The position numbers and the translations under genes were made by a program. Below are positions 1 through 13,700 of a DNA stretch of 64,000 nucleotides, piece by piece. The notes beneath the pieces were generated by a model. The model saw nothing but the letters and a program-made list of their open reading frames with translations. It ran no database searches and was not told where the DNA came from. The stretch's first letter is position 1, and the number at the start of each line of letters is the position of its first letter. Source of the DNA: Balanoglossus misakiensis. Taxonomy: Eukaryota > Animalia > Hemichordata. Where the stretch lies: contig CM082578.2 in the NCBI GenBank assembly GCA_040954595.2, positions 10,091,519-10,155,518 on the forward strand, read 5' to 3'.

Positions 1-370
1 TAACCGACAATTGATTCTAAGAGAAGTCTGATGAGTCCTTAGCGTTGTCAACGCTTGCGTAATTGACAGACTGCGCCGAGAAATCACGTTTGATTGCCCC
101 CAGTAGTAACAGATTTGAGACGGAAACTACGTGCGGTAACACCGATATCGTGTACCCTGGCGTGCGCTGCAATTGCTCAGGGAGCTTTCATGCACCAACT
201 GCGGCGGAGAGTGGAGACCGAAATGACACGTGAAAACTCGTTTAGTGTCAACGAGCAATAAAAATCTCCCGGTTCAATCTTTTCTTTTAAAGGAATCATC
301 GCATCAGTGGATTTCCTTCCAATTTTTACATCACTATCACGTATCATGACATCACCATGGCGTTTACTGG

Positions 371-1920
371 TATGGGGTGCCATGTGTTAACTTATTATTT
401 AGCTAAATTATTTGTTTAAAAGTCGTTATTTAACATACTTATATGTATGTAATTATAGATTTGCAAACCATTTAAGTCCTGACAATTTATTTATAAATAA
501 TTTCAAGTCGATTCAATTATATACATAAAATGTATTTTATGCTCTTTTATTTATATATAATTAATTATTTATAAATAATAAAAATGTAAGTGTATTATAT
601 ATATATCATGAGTGATGTACATAATTATTTATATATAATTAATTATTTATAAATAAAAAAAATTTAAGTGTATTATATATATATCATGAGTGATTTATAA
701 ATAATTTAAGTGCAAGTCTATTATATATATATCATGAGTGATTTACATTATATAATGAATTATATATAAATAAGTGATTTCTAAACCATGAAAAAATGCA
801 CTCGCGCCGTTTGTCAACTTATTATTTAACGCAAACTCATTATTTAACGCAAACTCATTATTTAAGGCCTGTTCACACAACCCCTTGCATTTGGATCATT
901 ACGCACACATATAGTCCCCACACGTGAACAAGAAATGCACATTGCGGTCATTTCATTTTTATTATACTCCTTTCAAAGGTTAGATGAAACACCGAAAAAG
1001 GTATCAACTAGTTAGTGATTTTAGCCCGTGATTGCAATGTTTGATTGAAACGCGAAAAGCTGATCGATAGCTAAACATTGTGGTCTCCGAGGTCAAAGGT
1101 TGGCCGGTCATGGCGATACCATTATTAAAATAGGGGCCAGTTATCAAAACGGTGGCGTATGATTTTTTTAGGTAAGTTTCCAAATTAAAACGTAAGTGAG
1201 CCAAAAAAACTACAGGTCAGATAAATTGTTTTCTCGTAAATTCAACATTAGAATCAAATTTGGCGTTGGAAACAAACGGCGGGTCGCCAGTTCCTGGTCT
1301 GGAGGCTGGTAGAGTCACGTCTTGAATAAAAATGAAATGACCGCACGTAATGTGCATTTCTTGTTCACGTGTGGGGACTATATGTGTGCGTAATGATCCA
1401 AATGCAAGGGGTTGTGTGAACAGGCCTTAAATAATGAGTTTGCGTTAAATAATGAGTTTGCGTTAAATAATAAGTTGACAAACGGCGCGAGTGCATTTTT
1501 TCATGGTTTAGAAATCACTTATTTATATATAATTCATTATATAATGTAAATCACTCATGATATATATATAATAGACTTGCACTTAAATTATTTATAAATC
1601 ACTCATGATATATATATAATACACTAAAAAAAATTTATTTATAAATAATTAATTATATATAAATAATTATGTACATCACTCATGATATATATATAATACA
1701 CTTACATTTTTAGTATTTATAAATAATTAATTATATATAAATAAATGAGCATAAAATACATTTTATGTATATAATTGAATCGACTTGAAATTATTTATAA
1801 ATAAATTGTCAGGACTTAAATGGTTTGCAAATCTATAATTACATACATATAAGTATGTTAAATAACGACTTTTGAACAAATAATTTAGCTAAATAATAAG
1901 TTAACACATGGCACCCCATA
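371..1920. mobile_element. Non-autonomous foldback DNA transposon, 1550 bp, ~595-bp TIRs, 6-bp TSD (IS3EU-like termini)
   Basis: The left arm 371-963 starts TATGGGGTGCCATGTGTTAAC. The right arm 1325-1920 is its reverse complement and ends GTTAACACATGGCACCCCATA, with only a few substitutions, one homopolymer shift and a 3-nt indel. Direct repeat TACTGG flanks both ends (365-370 and 1921-1926). The unique spacer 964-1324 has no transposase ORF. TAY...RTA termini with a 6-bp TSD match the IS3EU superfamily as I recall it; the superfamily call is less certain than the element itself. Confidence 0.93.
547..865. repeat. AT-rich tandem subrepeats inside the left TIR (mirrored in the right TIR)
   Basis: A ~78-bp unit starting TTATTTATATATAATTAATTATTTATAAATAA and containing ATATATATCATGAGTGAT occurs at 547 and 625, with a partial third copy at ~694-743. 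An 18-bp unit ATTATTTAACGCAAACTC occurs at 821, 839 and partially at 857. Confidence 0.85.
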
Positions 1921-4693
1921 TACTGGATGCCCGAGTGACAAGTACCAGGGATTTATTAATATCGACGAAATTGTTGCACAGAGTTTGAGTATGCCAATTG
2001 ATATTTGCAATTCAAGCAATATAACACGCATTCAAGGCTCTATCATGCATGCAGCATACGCTTATAAAATATTAGCATGGATATCAGTTACTATTACATC
2101 ATCATCATCATCTGAAAGTTTTTTTTTCTTCTTCAGAATCTTTAAAACAATCTAATGTACATTCCAATTACCTTCGTCTCCCGAAGGATCGCATTTTAAC
2201 ACGTGCCCCTCCCACTGATCTATACTGAAAGCGCCCTTAAATCCCAAACGAGAATAATTGGGGTTAATGCTATTAAAGATCCGTGAGTCGGAAGAAAAAA
2301 ATCTCGTTGCCACATGGTGACTTCCACGAATGTAGGGAGGTCTATAATGATAGAGTTTGGGATATGTGAAAGGGATGGTGGAGGGGGCGCTCTAGGGACA
2401 ATGGAGGTCGTGCATTGAGGTTTAATGCAAAGTACTGAAGCTTGCAGTCTCGAATCTTGGACGAATCAGAATATGAAGAGGTAGGGTTTATAGTCGTCAA
2501 ATCGAGGGTTTCTACTGTCAAAAGTACGCTTAGTCTCCTGCAGATTCATTATAGACCGAATACAACGAGACCTTTTGTGAAGAATTACGCCCTGACAGTC
2601 ACACATTCCATCTACCCGAGAGTAATTTACTTTCCATCCAAGGAAGGTTTATAAATCTTTCCCTATAACAATGATATGGACTAATTTTTTTTTTCTGGCG
2701 TGGATAATGGGACAAAATATTTCCCGTTTAAACCATTTGGCAACTCATGCAATTCTTACAATTTCCCTTCTCTGGTACTAGTATTTGTGGAGAACTTTGT
2801 AACTCTAAAATCAGCAGCTTTCTGCCGGGAGATTTACTCAAACATGCACTGCGCCCATTGGCTGTTGACCTTACAATTGAGAATTGCTTTGATCTTAATA
2901 TATGACCCCATAAGCTAGCAGGAAGCTTCATCAAAAAAATTGACGTTCGTGCGATATCGTCTACAAAGTGCCGTTTACTTATTTTGAATACCTGGGATGA
3001 GGACAGACACGCGACCTTTATTGCATTTTTCTAATCGCCCTGCAACCATTCTTGGGGATTTCTTTCAATTTCCCACCTCTTCAACTTGTGGAAATGCCGA
3101 CAATTTCTTGTCATGTGTCGCCAACTCATAAGTAATCACTTCACACCTACTCCTGTAAAAATAGCTCTCTACTTGTCCTAAATTTGCAACATCACTGGCG
3201 GCAATATTTCACAGTGAATTTAGTGGTTCGATGCATTTTCCCCCGTTGGCCATTGAGATATCGACATGGCAACATCGTCAAACACCTTCATCATTCCTCC
3301 AACGCACACACAAAAAGTGATGACGTTGAAAGAAATCTTTGTATGATTCAACAACACAGGCGTTGTTAAAGCACTGCTTTAGAACTTGCACCGGATGGTC
3401 TGTAAGAAGTCGCTGATGAATCGAACTAACGGATAATTAACGACCAGGTTTACGTCGATTATTTTGAACCCACCTTGGGGCAAGCCTCTCAGATATAGAA
3501 GTATCACCCCATTCTCGTAAGTCTTCATTAACAACACACACACAGTCCATATTGCAGGTAAATAACGACCATATAGCATTTCTAATTTATGAAAGCTTTC
3601 CATTGTATTTTTTTTTTGCGATAATAAATGACATTCACACGTACAAACGCTGGATCAAGTTCGGGCGCTCCATGAGAGTTGAGAAAAATATACAACGGAC
3701 AACCCGCTATAAAATTCAATACAAAACACATACAATGGTTACGGGAAACAGGCTATAAGTTTTAACGATTATACAAGACATGACAATAAAAACGAAAAAC
3801 TGATTTGGTCAAGGACACTATCTAACGCACTCGCATAAAAATTACAACCGTTTCAAAGAACAGATCCATGGATCATCAGACAAATGTACAAATTGGAAAC
3901 ACATCCACATAATTTTATTTATGGTTTGGGGAAAGAGCTCATCTGCAGAATGATGCAGGTGTATCCAATCATAGACACAAAAGCCCAGCATATCGTTTGA
4001 CTTGAATGTTTCGCATGACTTCATTTAATCTTCTCCGACTTAACATGACATTTCAGGAATAAAAAAAAAAAACAACACTGAATAAAGCACCACATCTGTT
4101 TAAGGCAGGATTATCTTGATTGAATACAATTTAGTGACAAATACAAAAATATATATAAATCTGTTAACCCCTTATTGATTGAGCACCAAATTGTCACGAT
4201 CATGTATTTACGTTTTACTTGTTCGAAATGATTTAAACTTTCAATGATTAAAACAAATTTACATGTGCAAATATGTGGTAGTATTACATTATAGATAGAA
4301 AAAGTACTGTTATGATTGGTCTGTATTAAGTACAATTAAAATTACTATTATATTTATACGAAATGTTATTCATCTTTGCTCTTGATTTTCTCAAATTAAA
4401 ATTGTCATGGTAGATCTTTTGAATATATTATGTACAAAAGTATTAGCTTTGAAAAATGACAAAAAATTAAATAAATCCTGTAAGAATCTGCTTAGTAAGA
4501 TCTTCAAAACAAGACAATCGCAATACATCATTGTTTTGCAAAAAAATTCAAGTTTGAAAATAATCAGGATGTTTTAGTTTGTGGAAAATTTGATAGAAAT
4601 ATTAAGCGTCCATATCTCTTTTAAGTGAGTAAAACTTCCCACACCAATAAAAAGGGATCTGACATAACTTCAATAATTAGGATAATTATACAC

Positions 4694-4699
4694 TTTATT
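4694..4699 (-). terminator. Candidate poly(A) signal for CEP83
   Basis: TTTATT (AATAAA on minus) lies ~85 nt past the CEP83 stop. An alternative lies at 3914-3919, at the end of an AT-rich UTR-like stretch. Confidence 0.4.
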
Positions 4700-4784
4700 G
4701 CAGTTTGTACAAAATAACTTTTTTTACAGACGGAATATCGCTAACTTACAGCATAGGTACAAAAATTTGCCAAATTGCCACAGA

Positions 4785-7700
4785 TCAAAGATTGCTTATT
4801 TCACTCTGTTTATCTGCAGAAGTTGACACATTCTCTTTGTCTTCGTCGGTGAGTTTAGTGGGCTCCAAGTTTCCGATGAGCTCGTCGAGTTGCTGACGTT
4901 GGTTGTCGTCAAGGTGATCCAGGCGCTGCCGGAGGGCGGCCAGGTCTTTCTGGTGTTGGCGATCCTGTGAAGTAGTAGTAGCACACAAGAATATAACATA
5001 CACTGACTTGCATTTTTCTTATAAAATCTTTCTTTTTTGTTTGTTTTTTGCCATTGGGAAGGTTGATATATGTCATTAGTGAAGGAAAATGTGGAAGTAG
5101 GACATGAGCGTTTATTTGGTTCAGTTCAAGGAAAGGGGGGTTTCTCTTTTATGTACCCTAACACAGTACTTTGTAGTTGTTCACATTATTAAGTCAATGT
5201 CTTTGCGTATGATGTTATCAGTTGAAGGTACTTGCACACACATGCACCATCAGTTCTTGTTCTCCCAAGGTGTGTGGACTGTTAGGGTAATGAGAATGAA
5301 CCTCTTGCTTGCTCAAAACAAGCTTCAGACATTGCTAATTGAGCAATTAGGACAATGAAGGTGTCAATGAATAACAACACTATAAGGACACAAACAGATG
5401 TCCTCCCAAGGGCCTTTATTGTCTTATTGCTTAAGGTGATGGCTGAGAAAACAGACAACAACCGCCAGTCACTCACCTGGCTACTCTGAGTCCCCCAGTG
5501 CATAGGAGTGTGCTCAGAACCCAACGCAACGTTGGCCGTGGCGAATCGGAAATCCCCGAACGCCACCTGCGATGCGCCGCCGTTCAGAATCAAGCTGCGG
5601 AACTCTGTGTGACGTTGGTACAGGTCTCGCAGTTGCCGCTTCAATTTGGAGTACGTGGCCTGTGGTACGTTTTGCCTGCGGGCGAAAAAAAAAAAAAAAA
5701 AAAAAAAATCAACCCCAAAATCATAAATTTTGTTTTATGTTCTTCGGATAGTGCCAGGCCGATAATGATTTAAAACCGCGAGTTACAAGGGGTCGGCGCT
5801 GTAAACGACACACAGCTGACAGATAAGAACAGTAATAATGTTACTTCATATAAAAGCCAGACCTTTCACAATTACAGTCAGCCCAAAGACTGGCGCCAAC
5901 TAAATCCCCAAGCAGTAAAACATCATCATTCAAACCATACAGAGCCACTGACGTGATGGTTGCGCTCGCTTGATGGCCAGATTACATATCTTTGGGAAGT
6001 TCATTTAATGAAGAATCAATTTCATTCCTACACAATACTTTCAATCTCTCCGTAATGAAAAAAATAAAACATGTCGTGACTGTGGACCTTTTTTTCTGAC
6101 ACCAGGGCTCACGACATGAACTACTCACAGAACTCTATGAGGTTGGAGTTTTTGACCTTCTTTGATTTACAAAAAAGTTCTTGATTTTTTTTTCATAACA
6201 GACAGAGATGTTTTCTCAATATGAAATATTTTCCACAGAATAACATTACGGTGTTCTCGCTGTGAATAAGTAGGGACGCTGCACAGTTCTTTAATTTCAA
6301 TTTACCCAATGATTTGTTTTTAGTACAATTCATGGCATAGTTATGCATTTATGGCAAATTCATTTATGCTTTTTCCGCTGTGCAACACCAGGTTTTTTTT
6401 CCCCCCAGAACATTCTCACAAGCAAAATGCATGATGAGAAATGCCAGTGTTTTTTCGGGACAATTCAACAAGAACAAACATATCAGTGATAAACATATTA
6501 CAAAAAACATTGAACAGCATCATCACATCCTTATGATGCTATATTATTTTATCACCTTATTAAATCCTACTTAATGTGCCCCAACCACCCACTAGTTCAC
6601 ACCCTTGTCTGACGAAAGCAGCCTTCGCGTCCAATGGGTGCACACCACTGTCAAAACACACTAATAAAACTCCCAGCTTGAATTCGGAAGGACTGACAAT
6701 GGCTTGGCATCATTTGGATACATCTCTCTACGTACCTATCTCGCAACAAGCAGCAAGCTTTTCCTCTAATGGGGATAGCTGGACAATTATTTCAGAGATC
6801 TGCATGCCTATCTGGAACCCTGGCATGGTCGGTTCATATCAAAATAATCTGAAGCTGACAAAATTTGGCGATTCAAAATATTGCGCACCACAATTTGGTA
6901 TCACGATTGTAATTCTATTTTTACCCAATCATCCCCACATCTCTGCAAATGGTTCCACCCTCACTATACTTCAGACAATGGGACTAGACTAAACTGGGCA
7001 GAGTGGTGAAGGGGTGGTTAACAGAAGGAGAAAACACTCACTTCAACGCTTGTCTCTCGATCTCCATCTCCTCCATCTTGGCTTTGAGAACTTCAATCTT
7101 TTCCTTGTGTTGCTTCATGGACCGCAAATACTTCTTCTTTTTCTGGTGGGCAAACGAAAGAAACGAAAATGAAAAAAGGGTGAATTTCCCAGAGATTCCA
7201 TTGCCACAGGCACAACAAAAGGACATCAATTACCCTCTTTATTTCAGATTAGACTGTTCAACTCACTCGCTGATCAAGTGTCCAATTACACGCACTTGCT
7301 TTCATAAAAAGCTGATATTGCAATATCAAGATTGAGCACACAGAGTCGTATTTCTCCAATCTTCAATTAATGACAATTTAATGACGTTTCTTTCTTCTGC
7401 CGGTGTGTACACCGCACGCACAGTCAAGGTTTTGTCCCGTCCTTAATCTTAGCCACTCAGTGGCTGGAAACAGGATAACACGCAACGAGAGATTTCTCTC
7501 AACTTCCATCCATTCTCGCAGGCTTTGACAGTGAATTCATTAAAAACAGATTTGCGGATTGACTTTTTCTAAATAACCACTAGTTGATTGCCCTGATGAG
7601 CACTGAATGGCTCACAAATAGAGGAGTTACACTTCACTTTAATACAGTCATTTTTCCTCGTTCTTAAAGTGAAGAAAACAGTGACTGAAAACACATTGTT

Positions 7701-10700
7701 TAGCAAAAAAAAAACACCCTTAGGTCAGTGGTAAAAAAGTCACATTTTTTAATAACATACATAAGGTGTATGAAACTCAAGTTGAAAACTTGACAATGTT
7801 CAATGAACTGTAACCACAAATTGTCATCCTGTTCAATACACATGTATGAAACCCATTTTTAATTTGCCTTGAAATACAAACTACGCAAATTGAGCAAATG
7901 GCGTGATTTGAGCTGTAACCAGTGACAGCAAATCGTGAATAAAAACCCTCCATGATCATCAAACATTTGGTGGACATACGTATGTTCTTTGAATTTTATG
8001 AAGAGAGATGCCACAGGTGACTGCGAACAATGGCGGCACCCAACTCACAAAAATTCATGTACCATATTACCCCCCCCCCCCTTTTAATTTTTAACAGTTC
8101 TTTGATAGAGATCACCCAGCATGCCACAAAACATATGTTGGATGGTGAATGTCACCCTCTCTTTTTAACTGTGATGAACCCATACCCTGAAACCATACAG
8201 CCATTATGTGGATTCCTTCAGCTTTGATTTTTGTGACGGGAGTAAAAAAAAACATCAAAGGTTTTACCTTTATTTTGCATTCACAACGTGTGAGGATTTC
8301 TCTTTCAAGATTTTAGTGGCTTTGAATTATGTAGTTGCCAGGTTATGACGGAAGCCTTCTAGTTCAAAATTGCAACAAACAAAAATCGAGGAAATCAATA
8401 TCGTTATAAAAGGCCCTAGCTGCGAATGATGAATTCAGGTACGTGCGCCCATCTGTTGCGTGTGACTAGTGATTTCTAGAACAATTTCAAAGCAAATTTC
8501 CCATAAAATACCCAGGAAGTTCCATCGGCTCACAACAAAGGGATTGAACAAATCTCTTGACTTCTGTGCAATTCTCGCTGCCTTAAATAGGTTTTCGCTA
8601 CCTAGGTGAGTGATAAAAATTATGTTCTCATGCGAGCGACAGAGTTTCAAGATGGCAGATTTCAAAAAGCACACCTGTAAAAACAACGGAGGCAGTTATA
8701 GTTAACACTGGCTCAACCCACTCTTAACCCAAGTGTCCGCTCATCGGAAGAGAACATTTGATCCGTACTCTAGTCAGCCCTACGGGATGAACCCTTCCCG
8801 CTTCCACACTTGCTCCTGGATCAGTATTTTCCCGGTCCCTGAGATCCAGCCTTGCCAGGTGCTACACACTCCAACAAATCCATGTCACCCCCCCCCTCTC
8901 AAGCATAAAGACTATGTATGGCACATTGATGAAAAATAATGCCACTTTGCTATGCACTAACTTTAAGCCGATCCAATTCTTTTAAAGAGCATGGTAGGAC
9001 AAATGTACATGGAAGAGAGGTGATTAGGGAAAGTACAAATACCCTGACAAAAAGAAAAGAAGAAACTGCATTCCCCATATCACAGCTGTACTACATCATG
9101 ACAAATTCATGTCATTTTTTTTCCAATGAGAAAATGAACCGCTTTACATTAGTAGTCCATTTGCCCTTTTAAAGCTAACCCAATTCTATAAAAAAAACAT
9201 GACGGTGACCATCAAAAACAGCAATATCGCTGTTCTTAATTTGCTTGATATTCAGCTGAGGATCATAACTAAGCAATGACCGTTAAATGGCAGTTATAAA
9301 TCTCAAAAGCTCGCTCGGTTGATTGGCAACGGGATCCTATTGTGTTTTCTTATACTGGCTCCGTGGCAGTTTTGTGTAGGGCTTTTACTACAACATTTTC
9401 CGTGAAATGAAGAATCATTCATTGTATCACGTAACCGTTAAATGGTTCTGCAATATTTCATTATCTGCCGCCATGATGAAAATAAAATTCCTGGAATTGA
9501 GAACTCGTGTCAGTTTTTGGCTGTCTGCGTTTTGACAGGTAGTTTTTACATCGTCTGCAGTATTAGCACAGCTCGCTGGGCAAAACCAATTCCTTGGAAA
9601 AGGCTGCAGTTGCCATCCGAATCGTAAAATGAAATTGAAATTTCTGAGTTGCTCATATACTGCATTTAATCTGATGCAGCCAATCTGAGCAGATTTTGAG
9701 CAACTATACGTGAATGACAGCCCTATACCTTTGCATGTAGTGTGGATAATTTTCTTGAGTGGCGCGATACTCACTTGTTCATGCAAGAATTTTTAACATT
9801 GACTACTGTTGGAGCTATGGAACGACTGCAATGACGAGGATTGTTCTCAGGATCCTTCACGTATAATGCAACAGTTCCAACAACACTCCACTCCACAGCA
9901 AAACACCATTAGCGATGGACAGAACGTTGCAACTGTTGCATCGTGCATAGCGGTAATGGATCATCAACACAATAGACACCACATTACATACATCAGCTTA
10001 TTCTTGAACGAACACAATCCAACATACATGTACGCTGTTCCCTGTCATCATTTCCCCTCGAGCATCGTCAGAGCAGACGCATTCACAACACACCCTGTCA
10101 AAAGTCTATTCACATGGCAATCTTTAATTTTATCCTTCTGAAAATCCAATAATCCCTGTCTATAACACGGCTGCATTCAGGCTTACAGATCGTGACTGAC
10201 AGCCAATGGCTCAACAATTGCAAACGCACAACTTGAAAAACCGTACCACATTTTCAAGTTTGTACAGAACTTTAATCACAAATATCAAATCTACGACATG
10301 ACTACAAATGTATATGCCCATCAATTATAACTTGGCTCGCGAGCGTCCAACCAGAAAAGGATTCGACAGTCTTTCTAATTAAGTGGGCCAAGTGCGATTG
10401 TCAATTATGTCACTTGTCTGAAACTGTTTCACGTGAACGATTAGTCAGACCCAACGTAGAATTACTCAATGACTGCAATATGTACTCAGGGCTGTCGTGT
10501 CGTGACAGTGATAAAAGATGCTGTCACGATAAGATGGAGAGCTACATGCTTACACTTTCAGCACAAATTGAAGTTAAACAGGTCAAGTTTGTTTCTCTTA
10601 AAAATGCGAATATGAATATCTGCAAATACCACATGAAAACGGAAACTTCAGTTTACATCTTGAAAGTACCCCTCTGTTTATACGCGAGTCCAATCCATGC

Positions 10701-13700
10701 TGGAATAAAAGACCAATATGCTCCCTTTTGTAAAGCCACAGATACCTGAAATAGAATCAAGGAATCTGAAACTGATTCCTTGAAAGCTCCATGGGCTGTC
10801 TCTATACATGTAGTTGTGCTCACATCCCAATGATTCGAATGAAGAAGAATCAAACCAGAGACACGCAGCTGTAGCAATCAACTCATCTTTTATTTAAAGC
10901 CTTTTCTGATTGAAATCAATCCCATGAATTTGGCGAGCAAGCGAGACAACTCTGTCTGATGATTTATTTAAAAAAAAAGGGGGGGGGGGGGGGAGAGAGA
11001 GAGACCAGAACGCTTGTGGCAATCAACTACTGAGGCAGCTCTCTCTCTCGGAAGTACAAATTACTGAAAGTGGTTAACACCAGATGTAACCCTTACATGG
11101 AAGAAAAAGTCGCCACAATGCAACCTGTATGCACCTTCAACCATGTAAAGTCACGCAAGAGATTAAATCCAGTTATGGGTTATCAAAACAGCCTAATCAA
11201 AGTGCTACCTCTAATACCTGCGGGCCAAAGATCCCACTCACGTTAATTAAATGACTGAAGATGATGGACAAAATTGGACTTCAATTTTGACAAATTACGT
11301 CATTAATCATAACAACTCCTGGTTACTTTAGCGGATCTTCCATTGTGGCATGGCTGGTGATTTTTTAGTACTGCAAGAATCCAATTCTAGACTTTCTCAT
11401 CAATTTAACTAAATCTGTTAACCCCTCGATATCGCCAGTTATGACGGGTCCAGCCAATCACAGATTTTCACCACACATTGCACTGGTCATCGGCAGAAGA
11501 TCTATACAATACCCCATTAACCGTATATGGGCATTGCATGTATGCAAATTAGAGATGCTTGTACCCCTTTAATAATGAATGAAACCAGCTGAGTGTTCTG
11601 AGGATCGTACTTCATTACTGCATTTCCCCGACAATCAACACTGATTGCCATGACCTTCAGGCTTGCTGTGCAAAAGATACATAAATTAATAATTAAATAT
11701 CAGATTTATGCCTTTGGGTTACACAGTCATAGGTATGCAGTATGGCATGGAGTTAAATATTACTGATGCACTGTGAAAGTCCCTGGTTTACGAAATTTCT
11801 GCAAAAGTATATGCAATTTACATAATCACTAGATTCTCAAATCTACTGCAATTTTCCCCATGTCTCCCTGTCTCTCAATTAATTTTCAGTCAGCAGCTAC
11901 AGTACACACACATCTTCTCTCACCTCGCCCACCACAAAACAAAACAAACCATCTGTCACATTCCATGATGCACTCGTGTATCAACAGACAATGCACTTTT
12001 TAATATTGCCTTTCCCCTCCCACGACAGAAGTCAATTCTCGACGCTAGTCACGTCACGTCCTTTTCACACTCAAAACATTCTTGGGAAACATTGCAGTTA
12101 TTACCCTTTTTGATTGTTAGCTCCATTACATTCCATTAACGTCACATTACAAGCAGGCTGTGTTTGTGCACTGCTGTATTGGTAACTTTGTTTTTCATCA
12201 TAACATTGTCTTCACACTTTTAAGTGCCACAATTGCCCGTTTCCAATTTGAACTCAAACATCTCACAATATCATTTTTGCTAGACAAACTAATTACCCAA
12301 AGAATGATTACACCCACTTTTGACAAGACAGGTTGTTGATTAAAAACTCTTATTTACATTGTTGGGGATAACATCGGTCGATAAGAATGATTGAACTTTT
12401 TTGCTCCATTCTTCCCCCTTGAATAGGGAGGCCGTGTCACCCACCTGAACATGAATGCATGTACTCTGAAGAAAATTAATGGAGAAAATTAGTCTCTGGG
12501 TAGAAAATTGGGACGCGAGAGAAAAATCATGCGATGAAGTTTTAGCTAACGAGCATCCTGATACGGATAATTTTGTTGTAATATTAGCGCACCACAAATT
12601 AAACACTTCAACGAGTCTTGAATGAGACATGCCGTAATTTTCCTCATATGTGAAATGTCAAGGGGGGAACTTGACAAATACAAAGTTGACTTTAATTTTT
12701 AACGTATGAAATTCACTTCCTGCATATTTCCTCTCTATTCTAATGTCTCATGTAATGTTCCACGGTCAATGGGCTTATTAAAAGTACAGGGGAGGGGGTG
12801 TACCAATTTTTTTCTTTCATTGTTGTAATAATTACTTGATTTCATGGGGAGAACAATTTGTACCTGCTCTGGTCAACTAAACCAATCCCTTTAATTTTCT
12901 CCAGTGCGGAAATTTTACCCGGTCAGAGCAAGAATGATGGAAAGCTTAGTGTGTCGTGCATGAAAAGATGAAATTGATGTATTATTGCCCCTTGGCACAA
13001 GTTCATATGTGTGTGAATCTGTGAACTGGAAAGGGAATGAATATTCATTGATGACGTCAGTGAAAAGTTGCACAGTCCAGCTCGTACGTGGTACAACACT
13101 GTTGGGGGAAATGTCTCCTTTCGAGAATGCGATCGTTTCAAAGGGTGAATCACACTTCTAAAACCATTTGAATCATTTGTCTTTTCTGAGCCTATCCTCG
13201 ATAATGCAGAAAAATGCATTTATTGTGACTATACACAAACAAGTATCTGTATGACTTCCAACTGATTTTTTCTCCTGTCGGTTTTATGCATGATCGCGGG
13301 ACAAATATACCAACCACTGGCCCTTGTCTAGCGGGACTAACAAATTCGATAAAAACTGAGGCCAGTGTCACTTTTATACTGTAATCAAGATCAACCCCTC
13401 ATCATATCCACACAGGTAAAATGGTATATTTGCTTTACAATAGCGAGGTTCATTCAATCATCTTCCAGTGGCTGGCTTCATTATGCTATGCAATTTCAAA
13501 GAGGCAGGGGTCTCTTTGAGCCCCACAAATCAAAGCATTAACTTCTGAGATTAACTCTTAAATCACATTTCACTCTTTTGCCTCTTTTATTTCCAAATTG
13601 CATTTTCGAGACGCAGTTGACACCCCTCAAAAGGAAACGTCATAAAACTTATCATCTCGCTGGAGTGGAATACCGTGTTTCCGTCTTTGCATACGACTGA

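Noticed and set aside
821-865. Short direct repeats considered as CRISPR-like
   Set aside because: Contiguous tandem units without spacers, inside a transposon TIR in a eukaryotic genome; no cas genes.
1004-1204. ORF in the foldback spacer as possible transposase remnant
   Set aside because: 66 aa, non-ATG start, no DDE or zinc-finger motif recognisable.
6576-6992. 138-aa plus-strand ORF in a CEP83 intron
   Set aside because: GTG start, no motifs, no supporting splice structure.
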